A stretch of 64,000 bases of DNA from Fimbriimonadia bacterium (GCA_041483895.1 JBGPGO010000006.1:1-64000); one strand, 5' to 3'. Positions 49,804-59,812 are shown, numbered from the stretch's first letter. The notes: a model not told the origin generated them from the sequence alone. Program-made: numbers and translations.

Positions 49804-50808
49804 ATGATTGTCTCTCGCGCTCCCGGCCGGATCTGCCTGTTCGGGGAACATCAGGACTATTTGGGCCTGCCGGTCATTGCGGCGGCGATCACCCGGTATA
49901 TCACAGTAACCGGCGCGCCCAATGCTTTTCGACATTTGGAGATTTCTTTACCCGATGTTGGCGCTAGCCGGCGCTTGGAACTTGGCCGCCGTGCGGAATA
50001 TGTCGGCGAGCGGGACTATATCGGATCGGGATTCAATTTGGCCGGACAGTCGCTGACGCAGGGTTACGATATCATTGTCACCGGCGACATTCCTCAGAAG
50101 GCCGGATGCTCCAGCAGTTCCGCGCTTACTGTCGCCTGGGTGCGTTGGTTGCTACTAGCATCGGGGGACCTTCGCGCTTCCGTGCCGCTGGAAGTTGCCC
50201 GGCTCGCGCATCAGGCAGAGGTGGTGGAATTCAAGGAACCTGGCGGCATGATGGACCATTTCGCGGCGGCTTTCGGCGGCATCGTGTATGTGGATACCAA
50301 ACCTCCCTATTCGTGTGAGTATATCGATGCGAAGTTGGACGGGTTGATATTGTGTTACTCCGGCGAGCCGAAAGCGACGCTGAAAGTGTTGCAGCGGACG
50401 CGCGAGAAATATGTGGACGCGCGGGAGAAGCAAGGCAGGGGCGAGGATCTTGTCGCTGAAGATATGTTGTTGCTTCGGGCGCAGGAATCCAATGCCGCAC
50501 TGACACGGCGAGGCTATGATGCGGTGGTGGTGGGTGATATGATTGAGGTCGGCCGATTGCTGACGGAGCATCATCAGAATCTGCGAACATTGGGTGTTTC
50601 CACAGAACGGATCGACCACCTATTGGCAGTGGCCATGGAGGCGGGAGCATTGGGTGGCAAGGTAAACGGTTCCGGCGGCGGCGGGTGCCTGTTCGTGTTG
50701 GCGCCGGGAAAAGAGGATGAGGTGATAGACGCCATGAATCGCGCGGGGAGCGAGGCGTGGCGGGTGGAAGTTGCGCCGAGGAGTGATGTGGCATGGGCGT
50801 CCTCGTAG
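49804..50808 (+). CDS. GHMP kinase, galactokinase/mevalonate-kinase-like
   Basis: APGRICLFGEHQDY, P..AGCSSSSA, GGKVNGSGGGGC. Confidence 0.9.
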   Translation: MIVSRAPGRICLFGEHQDYLGLPVIAAAITRYITVTGAPNAFRHLEISLPDVGASRRLELGRRAEYVGERDYIGSGFNLAGQSLTQGYDIIVTGDIPQKAGCSSSSALTVAWVRWLLLASGDLRASVPLEVARLAHQAEVVEFKEPGGMMDHFAAAFGGIVYVDTKPPYSCEYIDAKLDGLILCYSGEPKATLKVLQRTREKYVDAREKQGRGEDLVAEDMLLLRAQESNAALTRRGYDAVVVGDMIEVGRLLTEHHQNLRTLGVSTERIDHLLAVAMEAGALGGKVNGSGGGGCLFVLAPGKEDEVIDAMNRAGSEAWRVEVAPRSDVAWASS

Positions 50809-51281
50809 ACAAGATGCTCCGATCACTGCGGGCGGCGCATTCCAAGAGTCAGTGGCATAGCATGGCTTCCGCGCTCAAGGATTTGACGGAAGAACAGGCG
50901 GTTTGGCGACCCTCAAAGTATAAGGGATTTCCTTGGGCGTCGGGAAACATCGTCGAAATCGTATATCATGTGGCACTCGACAAATTGGTGCAGCTATCAT
51001 GTGCGTTTGGAGACCGATCCTTTGATTGGGAGGCGACGAAATCGCTGCCGGAAGTGCAAGTATGGTCGCTGGCAAATGCCGTACAGCTTCTCGATCGATC
51101 GCAAAAAGAACTGATGGCCGCATTGGAGAAACTGAGCGATGAGGACCTCGACAGGAAGGTCGCGACGTGGGGCGGAAAGCAGATGACGGCTGAGCACTTC
51201 TTTGATATGCTTATCGAACACGACTTCTATCACGCAGGGCAGATCCGATATATACGAAGCATGTTGGACGGTGGCATGTGA
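50793..51281 (+). CDS. DinB family protein
   Basis: LT.EQA.W, I.EIV.HV, EHDFYHAGQI. Confidence 0.88.
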   Translation: MGVLVDKMLRSLRAAHSKSQWHSMASALKDLTEEQAVWRPSKYKGFPWASGNIVEIVYHVALDKLVQLSCAFGDRSFDWEATKSLPEVQVWSLANAVQLLDRSQKELMAALEKLSDEDLDRKVATWGGKQMTAEHFFDMLIEHDFYHAGQIRYIRSMLDGGM

Positions 51282-51369
51282 TGATAGGTGGTCGGCACTG
51301 GATACGCGGGCCCTGGTGGTCGATATTTGAAGGCAATCGGCAAGACGGCCCGCGTCTACGGAGCATACA

Positions 51370-52035
51370 ATGGTTTTAGGCCTCGTTCTTGCAGCCGGAA
51401 AATCGGAACGCATGGGACAGCCGAAACTTGCCATGTACTATGAAGGTGAGCCGATGCTCCGGGCGGTCGTTCGCAAACTGTATGATGGCGGATGCGATCA
51501 AGTGCGAATTGTGTTCGGTCACCATGCCGAAATCTTGCTGAATCTTTTATATGGCACGGACATCGAGATTGTGTACAACGAGAATCCGGACGAAGGGATG
51601 TTGTCATCCATCAAGATTGGCATCGCGCCCACTCGAGAGCGGATGGAGTCACTCACTATTTTCGCGAAATCCATGCATTACAAAGATGGCAAGAGGCCAA
51701 CCGAAACCACAACCTGGGCTCTCAAAGGGCCCGACCTTGACAAACAATACGATGCTGTCATGATCCAACCCGGCGATATCCCCGGATTCACCGTCCAGAC
51801 GGTCGAGACCATGATTGCCGCAATGGAGGATTCGCAAGCCGATGCCTGGATCGCGACCTGCTTCAGCAAGCGCGGCCACCCGCTCCTCCTGCCGACAGCG
51901 TCCATCGCGTCCGTCGTGAACTTCGAAGGCGAAAGCCTCCGTGACTGGCTCCGCGATCCATCCCGCAAAGTCATCGAAGTCGAAACCGACGATCCAGGGG
52001 TACTAAAAGACTACGATACGCCGGAAGACCTCTAA
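51370..52035 (+). CDS. MocA/MobA-like nucleotidyltransferase
   Basis: VLAAGKSERMGQPK, GMLSSI, GDIP, GHP, DYDTPED. Confidence 0.9.
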   Translation: MVLGLVLAAGKSERMGQPKLAMYYEGEPMLRAVVRKLYDGGCDQVRIVFGHHAEILLNLLYGTDIEIVYNENPDEGMLSSIKIGIAPTRERMESLTIFAKSMHYKDGKRPTETTTWALKGPDLDKQYDAVMIQPGDIPGFTVQTVETMIAAMEDSQADAWIATCFSKRGHPLLLPTASIASVVNFEGESLRDWLRDPSRKVIEVETDDPGVLKDYDTPEDL

Positions 52036-52054
52036 CCACGGGTACAATTTGCGT

Positions 52055-52294
52055 ATGAACAAGGTGGAAATGAAGATAGTCGCGTTGGGGGAGCAGGTCG
52101 ATCAGCCGTGGATCACCCGGCTCATCCGGCAGTTCGATGTCGAGGTCAACATCCGAAGGGCGCACGTGGACCGCGATGCCGGATGGCTGGAGATTGAGAT
52201 GGAAGGCCCGACGGAAGAGATCCAACGCGCGACCGCTTGGCTTCACACCACCGGCCTTCACGTCGATCCCGTCCAGCGCTCCGTCCGTGCATGA
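52055..52294 (+). CDS. Stand-alone NIL domain protein
   Basis: QPWITRLIRQFDVEVNIRRA.V....GW...EMEG pattern. Confidence 0.82.
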   Translation: MNKVEMKIVALGEQVDQPWITRLIRQFDVEVNIRRAHVDRDAGWLEIEMEGPTEEIQRATAWLHTTGLHVDPVQRSVRA

Positions 52295-53208
52295 GCCGCC
52301 CCCAGGACCCGATTCTCGAACCCTATCCGCCGCCGGACTTTGACGAGTTCTGGTCGCGCACCGTCGCGGGCCGCGGCGACCGGCCCATCGCGGCCTATCG
52401 CACCCACGATCCCAAAGACGATATCCCCGGATTCCGCATCGAACGAATCGATTTTCGCGGCGACCAGGGCGATATTCTGCACGGTTGGATCGGGATTCCC
52501 CATGGCCTAACCGGGCCCGCTCCCGGTCACCTGTGGCTCACTGCATACGGCCATGATTCCCATCTACCCGACCTCTATTCCTGCTATCCGGACTATATCA
52601 ACCTGTCCTACAACATCCACGGCCACGACGCGTTTTATCAAGAAAAATATGTTCCGTCGCGCGGCTATCTGGCAGTCGGGATCGAGGACCCGGAAACCTA
52701 CATCTTCCGCAGGTTGGCGCTCGATGCCCTCCGCGCTCTCGATGTGCTTGCATCACAAACGGAAGTGGATAGCGAACGATTGGTTTGCGGCGGGCTGAGC
52801 CAAGGAGGCGGGTTGTCGCTCATGATGGCGATGATTGCGCCGAAATTGCGTTCCGTCTGCACCGATATGCCGTTTCTCTCCAGCATGCCATGGGCGATGA
52901 AAAAGGCGTCATATCGATACCCTTACAAAGAACTGAAGGACTTCGCCGATACCCACGCTCTGGGGATGGAGCAGGTGATGGGAACGCTCGCCTATTTCGA
53001 TACGTTGAACTGTGCAAGCCGCGCCAAATGTCCGGTCCAGGTGAGCTATGGCACGCTCGATCCGGCCTGCACTCCCAACACCGTCATCGCCATCGCGCAG
53101 GCGCTGCCGGATCCGAAAAATCTGATCGTCTATGAGGAGTTGGGCCACGATTGGACGCCGGAGATGCGCGCGATCAACATGGCATGGCACCGGCGGTTTA
53201 TTCCGTAG
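52291..53208 (+). CDS. Acetylxylan esterase/cephalosporin-C deacetylase family (CE7)
   Basis: P.DFDEFW, GLSQGG nucleophile elbow, YFD..N.A, D..C.P, GH. Confidence 0.9.
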   Translation: MSRPQDPILEPYPPPDFDEFWSRTVAGRGDRPIAAYRTHDPKDDIPGFRIERIDFRGDQGDILHGWIGIPHGLTGPAPGHLWLTAYGHDSHLPDLYSCYPDYINLSYNIHGHDAFYQEKYVPSRGYLAVGIEDPETYIFRRLALDALRALDVLASQTEVDSERLVCGGLSQGGGLSLMMAMIAPKLRSVCTDMPFLSSMPWAMKKASYRYPYKELKDFADTHALGMEQVMGTLAYFDTLNCASRAKCPVQVSYGTLDPACTPNTVIAIAQALPDPKNLIVYEELGHDWTPEMRAINMAWHRRFIP

Positions 53209-54673
53209 CGGGTTTGAGACGCAATCCGCGCGGGATGAACGCGCGATCGAGCAGGTCGAAGAAGAATTGCACGAGCAGCGCCAACACGGCCGCCGGTATC
53301 GCCCCTTGCAGAATCTTTCCCGGATCGTTGACCGCGAGGCCGCTGATAATCGGTTCCCCCAATCCGCCGGCCCCGATAAGCGCGGCGATCGTTGCCGTCC
53401 CTACGTTGATAATGGCGCTCGTTTTGATGCCTGCCAAAATGGTGCGAGAGGCCATCGGAAGATACACTTTTGTCAGAATGGCGAGGCGCGAAAGACCCAG
53501 CGCCTCCGCCGACTCGCGTATTGGCGTCGGGATGTCTTGAAGGCCCGTCGCGGTGTTGCGGACGATGGGCAAAAGACCATACAGAAACAGCGCGACGATG
53601 GCGGTCTGCTTGCCGACACCCAGACCTGGCACCGCAACAAGAATGGCCAGCAGGGCGAGCGATGGGATGGTCTGCAAAACACCGGTGAGCGACATGATTC
53701 CGGAGCCGACGAATCCGCCGGAACTTGCCGCAATCCCGAGCAGAACGCCTACCAGGATCGCGGCCGCCATAGAAATGCCGACGATGATCAGATGCTGGCC
53801 GGTAAGACGCAGGATGTAGGTCATCGACGATTCAGTATGCGCAATCGCTTGTTCTTGTGTGGCTTTGTCAAAGTATTTGGATGCGGCCAATGCATAGTTT
53901 TTTGTCTTGTCGGCTTCCGCGTTCAGACCAATCATGCGTTTTTCATCAATTGTGCCCACGAGCGGTTGCAGCGCGATGATTGCCTTTGGATCGATATCCA
54001 GTCGGTAGAGAAAAACGGCACGGTATCGCGGCAGCACATTTCGGTCATCATCGAGCGTTACCAGATCATATTTTGCGATATCGGAATCGGTGGAGTATGC
54101 GTCGGTAATGTCGATCTCGTCCTTTTGCATGGCGACGTATGCGAGGGTGTGCTGAATCCCTCTCACATTGGACATATTCAGTCCGTAGGCGCTCAAAATC
54201 AGCGGCCACCCATCTTCCCGCGTCTGAAATTCGTGCGTAATGCCGACTCGCAGGTCTGGATGATTGCGCAGATCGCTGATGTTCTTTATCCCCAACGCAG
54301 CGGCCATTGATCGCTTCATAGTTAACGCGTATCTATTGTCGAATCCTAGGTCGCCGGTGATGCCGATGCCAAGCTTCCTTAATTCCACGGCGAGCTGATC
54401 ATGGGTCAGCTCCTTTTTCTTGAGAAGCTCGCGGGAAATGGTGCCTGTGTAGTCGGGATACATATCAATCGCGCCGGAGGTAAGGGCCTGCCAGACAATC
54501 GCGGTGTTCCCCATCCCCTGCTTGTGCTCCATTGTGAACCCCGCCTTTTCCAGCAGCACTTTGGCGATCTCCGCAAGCACGTATGATTCCGTGAACGCCT
54601 TGGAACCGACAGTGATAGTCTTCGCGCACACTGATAGTGGTAGTAGGATGAAAAAAAGCGCGATGTTTTTCAC
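53198..54673 (-). CDS. Betaine-type (OpuC/OsmX-like) ABC substrate-binding domain fused to permease
   Basis: VGSK.FTE, IDMYPDYTGT, AYSTD, then QTIPSLALL, A.LIGAGGLG. Confidence 0.92.
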   Translation of the reverse strand: MKNIALFFILLPLSVCAKTITVGSKAFTESYVLAEIAKVLLEKAGFTMEHKQGMGNTAIVWQALTSGAIDMYPDYTGTISRELLKKKELTHDQLAVELRKLGIGITGDLGFDNRYALTMKRSMAAALGIKNISDLRNHPDLRVGITHEFQTREDGWPLILSAYGLNMSNVRGIQHTLAYVAMQKDEIDITDAYSTDSDIAKYDLVTLDDDRNVLPRYRAVFLYRLDIDPKAIIALQPLVGTIDEKRMIGLNAEADKTKNYALAASKYFDKATQEQAIAHTESSMTYILRLTGQHLIIVGISMAAAILVGVLLGIAASSGGFVGSGIMSLTGVLQTIPSLALLAILVAVPGLGVGKQTAIVALFLYGLLPIVRNTATGLQDIPTPIRESAEALGLSRLAILTKVYLPMASRTILAGIKTSAIINVGTATIAALIGAGGLGEPIISGLAVNDPGKILQGAIPAAVLALLVQFFFDLLDRAFIPRGLRLKPATE

Positions 54674-55395
54674 AGGGCCACCAGACTCCGTTGGGCGTTG
54701 ATGAACTCCGTGACGAACGGATCCGCCGGCCGCTGCTGGAGGTCCTCGAGCGACCCCTGCTGCACGATCTTTCCCTCCCGCAGCATCACAATCGTATCGC
54801 CCAAATATCCCGCCTCCGCCATGTCGTGCGTCACCAAGATCACTGTCTTCCCAAGCCTCTGAAACAGCTCTTTCAGCTCCCGCTGCAGCGTCGATCGCAC
54901 CATCGGATCGAGCGCGCCAAGCGGCTCATCGAGCAGCAGCACCTCCGGGTCCAGCATCAGCGCGCGCATCAGTGAAACGCGTTGCTTCTGCCCGCCGGAC
55001 AGCTCAACCGGATAGCGACTCAAACCATCCGCGGGAAAGTGCGTGAGATCGCAAAGTTCCGTCAAGCGCGCTGCATTTTCGCGGCCCAAGAATCGGGACA
55101 GAAGCTGCACATTGTCCGATGCTGTCAGGTGCGGAAACAGGCCGCCCTCTTGGATCACATATCCCATCCGCCATCGCATCTCTTGCAGGTTGGCCGGCGT
55201 CAACCGCTGCCCATCCACCTCCACATATCCCGTCGAAGGTGGGATGAGGCCGATGACGAGACGCAGAAGCGTGGACTTTCCGCATCCGCTCGGTCCGATC
55301 AGCGCGGTGATCTTTCCCGCCGCAAAAGTCAAATCTGTGGGATGCAGCGCAGTGACGCTGCCATACGTTTTGCCACACCCATGGAGCGAAATCAC
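54670..55395 (-). CDS. Betaine-type ABC transporter ATP-binding protein
   Basis: GPSGCGKST, GYVIQEGGLFPH, LSGGQKQR, DEPLGALDP. Confidence 0.94.
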   Translation of the reverse strand: MISLHGCGKTYGSVTALHPTDLTFAAGKITALIGPSGCGKSTLLRLVIGLIPPSTGYVEVDGQRLTPANLQEMRWRMGYVIQEGGLFPHLTASDNVQLLSRFLGRENAARLTELCDLTHFPADGLSRYPVELSGGQKQRVSLMRALMLDPEVLLLDEPLGALDPMVRSTLQRELKELFQRLGKTVILVTHDMAEAGYLGDTIVMLREGKIVQQGSLEDLQQRPADPFVTEFINAQRSLVAL

Positions 55396-56387
55396 GAAGC
55401 GTCTTCACTCCGCAGCAAAACAACCGCAAACCAGTTCTTTTCATCCGTCCAACGATTAACCGCGGTCAGTCCCGCGGAAGCACATAGGTCGGCAAAAGAT
55501 GATAGGGCGTACTTGTGACTGTGCTCGGTTTGAATGGTCTCTCCCTCGTGAAAACGCACAGTCATGTTCAGGTCTCGAATGAGAACGGTTTGCTCGACCT
55601 TGCTCTTCAGCCACGATTCGATCCTCGCGGATTTCGGATTGTATCGAGAGACATGTTCAAACGTTTCCAAATTGAACTGACCGCCCAGCTCCCGATCGAT
55701 GCGGCCCAGCAGGTTCTTGTTGAACAGAGCCGTCACGCCGGCCGAATCGTTGTATGCGGCTTCCAAAAGAGCCACGTCCTTGATCAGATCGATCCCGACC
55801 AGCAACCTATCGCACGGGCGCATGTTGCGTTCAATCATGTGCAGAAACGCAACGGATTCGGGCGGATCAAAATTGCCAATGTTGCTTCCAAGAAAAAGAA
55901 AAAGCTGCGGCAGGTGGTCTTGCGGCAGATGAGATACCGCGTCTTCATAGGTCGCCGCAATCGCCCTGACTGAAATTTGCGCATAATCCTGGAGCAAAGC
56001 GATCGAGGACCGATACAAGAAATCAGAAGAGATATCTATCGGAACATAATGCAAAGCCCGCTGCCGTTCGAGGGCCGTTTCGATCAGAATTCGTGTCTTA
56101 TACGAGTTGCCGCTGCCGAGCTCGACCAGGCCGATCTCCGGTCCGACCGTTGCGACAATCTCCTCAGCGTTCGAACGCAAAATGGCCTCTTCTGTTCGAG
56201 TGAGATAGTACTCCGGCAAGTCGCAAATCATTTCGAACAGAGCTGAGCCGATCTCATCATAAAAAAACCGGCTGGGGAGGGCTTTTTGCGGCCGGGACAG
56301 TCCCTCCGCCACCACGTCTGAAAAATGCTCCGGTTGGTGACTCGCCGGAACGCGCACGAACTCTAGCCCCGCGATTGTCTGCGTCAT
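55392..56387 (-). CDS. egtD: L-histidine N-alpha-methyltransferase family (EgtD, Methyltransf_33)
   Basis: FYDEIGS.LF, PEYYLTRTE, ELGSG, GSNIGN, AYND.AGVTA.FN, TE.S.KY. Confidence 0.9.
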   Translation of the reverse strand: MTQTIAGLEFVRVPASHQPEHFSDVVAEGLSRPQKALPSRFFYDEIGSALFEMICDLPEYYLTRTEEAILRSNAEEIVATVGPEIGLVELGSGNSYKTRILIETALERQRALHYVPIDISSDFLYRSSIALLQDYAQISVRAIAATYEDAVSHLPQDHLPQLFLFLGSNIGNFDPPESVAFLHMIERNMRPCDRLLVGIDLIKDVALLEAAYNDSAGVTALFNKNLLGRIDRELGGQFNLETFEHVSRYNPKSARIESWLKSKVEQTVLIRDLNMTVRFHEGETIQTEHSHKYALSSFADLCASAGLTAVNRWTDEKNWFAVVLLRSEDAS

Positions 56388-56480
56388 CGAACCACCCCCC
56401 TTTCCTCCGTCCGTTCGCCGAGATGTCTGGATTTCCTGTCGCCGACAGGATTTCTTCCTTCAACGTAGAACCAAAGACCT

Positions 56481-57563
56481 ATGTTCCAGGTTCACGAAGA
56501 CATCCGCCAGGCCTCCTGCTTACCGACCCGTTTCTACACCGATTCCGCCGTTTTTGACGCTTTGCGGGAGAAGGTGTTCGCCCGAAGCTGGCAGTTTATC
56601 GGCGCAACAGAGCTGGTCAAGGTCCCCGGCCAGGTGTACCCGTTTACTCTGCTGGACGGTTGTCTTTCGGAACCGCTACTCTTAACGCGAGATTTCTCCG
56701 ATAAGGTCCATTGTGTTTCCAATGTCTGCACGCATCGGGGGACATTAGTTTGCGAAGGGGCCGGAAACGAACGGTCGCTACGCTGCCGATATCATGGCCG
56801 GAGGTTTGGATTGGACGGCAAGTTTCAGTCGATGCCGGAGTTCGAGGGGTGCGCCAATTTTCCGTCCGAGAAAGATGATTTAGTTCCCGTGAAGATCGCC
56901 GAATGGAAGAATCTCCTGTTTTGCTCTTTGGATCCCGCGATGCCGTTTGAGGAATGGATTGCCGATCTTGACGCGCGGCTGGGATGGCTTCCGGTGGAGC
57001 GGTTTGCTCACGACGCGACGCGGGATAGGGAGTATCTGGTTCGGGCGCATTGGGCTCTTTATTGCGACAACTATTTGGAGGGGTTCCACATACCGTACGT
57101 GCACGCCGGGCTGACGGAGCAGCTGGATTACGGCAACTACACGACGGAGCTGTTTCGTTATTCGACATTGCAATTGGGGGTTGCGCGCGGGGCGGAGTCG
57201 GTGTTCGATCTGCCTTCTTCGTCTCCCGATCATGGAAAGAATGTGGCGGCGTACTATTTTTGGCTGTTTCCGAATCAGATGCTCAATTTTTATCCGTGGG
57301 GGCTTTCGGTGAACATCGTTCAGCCGCTCGAGCCGGACCTCAGCAAAGTATCGTTTGTCAGCTTCGTTTGGGACGCGTCGAAATTGGACCAGGGCGCGGG
57401 GGCGTCTCTCGACCGCGTGGAGCGAGAGGACGAGGCGGTGGTGGAGGCGGTGCAGAAGGGGCTTCGGGGTCGATTCTATGTGTCAGGCCGCTACTCCCCA
57501 ACGCGCGAAACCGGCACCCACCACTTGCATCGGTTATTGGTGGAACACTTGAACAAATCGTAG
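56481..57563 (+). CDS. Rieske non-heme iron oxygenase alpha subunit, choline monooxygenase-like
   Basis: NVCTHRG...CRYHG Rieske site; DNYLEGFHIPYVH iron site; FPN; ED....VQ.GL. Confidence 0.9.
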   Translation: MFQVHEDIRQASCLPTRFYTDSAVFDALREKVFARSWQFIGATELVKVPGQVYPFTLLDGCLSEPLLLTRDFSDKVHCVSNVCTHRGTLVCEGAGNERSLRCRYHGRRFGLDGKFQSMPEFEGCANFPSEKDDLVPVKIAEWKNLLFCSLDPAMPFEEWIADLDARLGWLPVERFAHDATRDREYLVRAHWALYCDNYLEGFHIPYVHAGLTEQLDYGNYTTELFRYSTLQLGVARGAESVFDLPSSSPDHGKNVAAYYFWLFPNQMLNFYPWGLSVNIVQPLEPDLSKVSFVSFVWDASKLDQGAGASLDRVEREDEAVVEAVQKGLRGRFYVSGRYSPTRETGTHHLHRLLVEHLNKS

Positions 57564-57812
57564 CCGCGGATTCTCGTTCTGATACCTGATCGATCCGCCG
57601 CCGCCAAAACCCGCGAGAGACCACGCCGTATGATCCGAAACCGTTTTGGAATTGCGAACGTGGTCACGCGCGGTTCTTGTTCGCTCCAACTCCGACGCGG
57701 ATCAGAACGAGGAACCGCGGCTACTCTGCCATTCCGATTCATACGCGGTTCTTGTTCGCTCCAACTCCCACGCGGGTCGGAACGAGGAACCGCGGCTACT
57801 CTGCCATTCCGA
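57560..57812. repeat. Repeat family F: one forward and two reverse GTAG-footed elements, the reverse pair forming a 75-nt-period tandem duplication
   Basis: gtagccgcggattctcgttctga at 57560; reverse copies ending ccgcggctac at 57724 and 57799. Confidence 0.92.
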
Positions 57813-59073
57813 GTGGCCGCACCCGACCGAGGACTGTCAAAATGACCACGATAGCGATCAACGGAACGAACGCCTCCGCCATGAAAGCCTGATCGTACAG
57901 TTTGTACTCCTTGATCCACGCGCCGACTTTGAGATTCATGACCACCCCGCAGATGCCACCCGCGAGACCGGAAATCCCGTTCAGAGTAGCAACAAATCGG
58001 CGCGGCGCGACATCCGCGGGAATCGTCAGTAGATTGGATGACGCGGCCGTATAGGCGAACACCGCAATCCCGATCAGCACCGAAGCGGTATATGCGCTAT
58101 TGAATTGCGGTATCAAAAAACCGACGCTCATCATCGCGCAGCTAACGCAGATGACGGTCTTGCGCGCCCTCGTAGTGCTCCACCCACGCTTGATCAGCTG
58201 CGCCGCCAGCCACCCGCCAAAAACTCCGCCGACAAACGCGAACATGAACGGGATCGCGTACAGGCCCCCCTTCCCCACGCCCGGCACCTTAAGCTGCTCT
58301 TGGAAGTATCCTGGCATCCATGTGACATAGAACCACCAGGTCTGATCCATCAAGACACGATAGAGGCAGATCGCCCACGTCTGGCGGTGTCGGAACAGCT
58401 CCCGAAACTTGGCGGGAGCGCCGTCCCAGTGCTCTTCCACCGCGCCTTCCGATCCACCAACCTGTTTGCCAATGTACTCGCGTTCGCTATCAGTAATCCA
58501 CGGATGCTCCGACGGCTTGCGGTATATCACTAACCACGCGAGCAGCCATAGCAAACCCAATGAAGCCGTTGCGATGAACATCCATCGCCAATCCATGATT
58601 CGCAATAACACATTGAGAATCAAGAATGATGCGATGATAGAGCCGATGCTGGAGCCTGCGTTCCAGAATCCGACCGCCGTCGAACGTTCATGGGGCGGGA
58701 ACCATTCGGCCGTCGCCCTCGTTCCCGCCGGCCACGCCCCGGCCTCGCCAAAGGCCAAGAATCCGCGTAGCGTTGCGAACTGGAATTTGGTTCTCGCGAA
58801 GGCGTGCAGCGCCGCCGCGATGGACCACCACAGGATCAGAAACGAATACCCGCGCCGTGTGCCGAATCGATCCACCAACATGCCGGTCGGTATGAAGCTC
58901 AGCGCATACACCAGGCTTTGGATTGCCATGATGTCGCCAAACGCTTTGTCGTCGATTCCAATTTGGGTCAGCTTTTCTTTCACCAGCGGCAACGCCATGC
59001 GATCCAGGTAATTGATGGCGATTCCCAGCATGAGAAGGAATCCGATATAGTAGCGCAAATTCTTAATCTTCAA
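57796..59073 (-). CDS. MFS transporter, ExuT/hexuronate (ACS family)-like
   Basis: INYLDR, DRFGTR, GEAGAWP, EWFP..ER, G.WNAGSSIG, WWFY.TW.P. Confidence 0.9.
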   Translation of the reverse strand: MKIKNLRYYIGFLLMLGIAINYLDRMALPLVKEKLTQIGIDDKAFGDIMAIQSLVYALSFIPTGMLVDRFGTRRGYSFLILWWSIAAALHAFARTKFQFATLRGFLAFGEAGAWPAGTRATAEWFPPHERSTAVGFWNAGSSIGSIIASFLILNVLLRIMDWRWMFIATASLGLLWLLAWLVIYRKPSEHPWITDSEREYIGKQVGGSEGAVEEHWDGAPAKFRELFRHRQTWAICLYRVLMDQTWWFYVTWMPGYFQEQLKVPGVGKGGLYAIPFMFAFVGGVFGGWLAAQLIKRGWSTTRARKTVICVSCAMMSVGFLIPQFNSAYTASVLIGIAVFAYTAASSNLLTIPADVAPRRFVATLNGISGLAGGICGVVMNLKVGAWIKEYKLYDQAFMAEAFVPLIAIVVILTVLGRVRPLGMAE

Positions 59074-59812
59074 CCGGCAACACCCCCGCGTTCATCACAT
59101 GCCGACCGCCGTCCAAAATGATTTGCGCGCCGGTCAGGAAGCTGCTTTCATCGCTCGCCAAATAGACGGCGAGGCTGCCGACATCCTCCGGCTGCCCGAG
59201 GCGCTTAATCGCCTGCGACCGAAGGTGCCTTTTGAAAGATGCCTCCGGGTCTTTTTCCGTCTTGTAGGTGAGCGGCGTGATTATGAATCCGGGCAGGATG
59301 GCGTTGACGCGGATTCCCTTTGGTCCAAGGTCGCAGGCAAGTCCGGTTGTGAGGCCGAGCAAGCCGCCTTTTGCCGCGCCGTAGGGAAAAGTGTTGGGGA
59401 CGGTGCGCAGCGGATGTGTGGAGGCGATGTTGATGATTGCGCCGCCGACGGTCATTTTTGGGACGGCGGCTTTCGCGCACATCCATGCGGCCTTCGCGTC
59501 CAGGGCGATGCATCGGTCCCAGGTCTCTTCGTCGCAGGTGAGCGGATCGAGGAAGAAGTTGGTGCCGGCGTTGTTGACCAGGCAATCGACGCGCGCCAGC
59601 CCACCAAACAATCTCTCCACATCGCCGGTTTTCGTGACATCGGTCTGAACGAACGTCGCGGCCATCTCCCCCGCCGCGGTCGCCCCCGACTCGCTATCAA
59701 TCTCGGCGATGATGACGTCCGCGCCTTCCAACGCGAACCCCGCCGCGATAGCGCGTCCGATACCCGATCCCCCGCCTGTCACGACGGCAACTTTCCCCGC
59801 AAGCCTCCCCAT
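59063..59812 (-). CDS. SDR family oxidoreductase
   Basis: TGGGSGIG, NNAG, YGAAK, IRVNAILPG. Confidence 0.94.
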   Translation of the reverse strand: MGRLAGKVAVVTGGGSGIGRAIAAGFALEGADVIIAEIDSESGATAAGEMAATFVQTDVTKTGDVERLFGGLARVDCLVNNAGTNFFLDPLTCDEETWDRCIALDAKAAWMCAKAAVPKMTVGGAIINIASTHPLRTVPNTFPYGAAKGGLLGLTTGLACDLGPKGIRVNAILPGFIITPLTYKTEKDPEASFKRHLRSQAIKRLGQPEDVGSLAVYLASDESSFLTGAQIILDGGRHVMNAGVLPVED

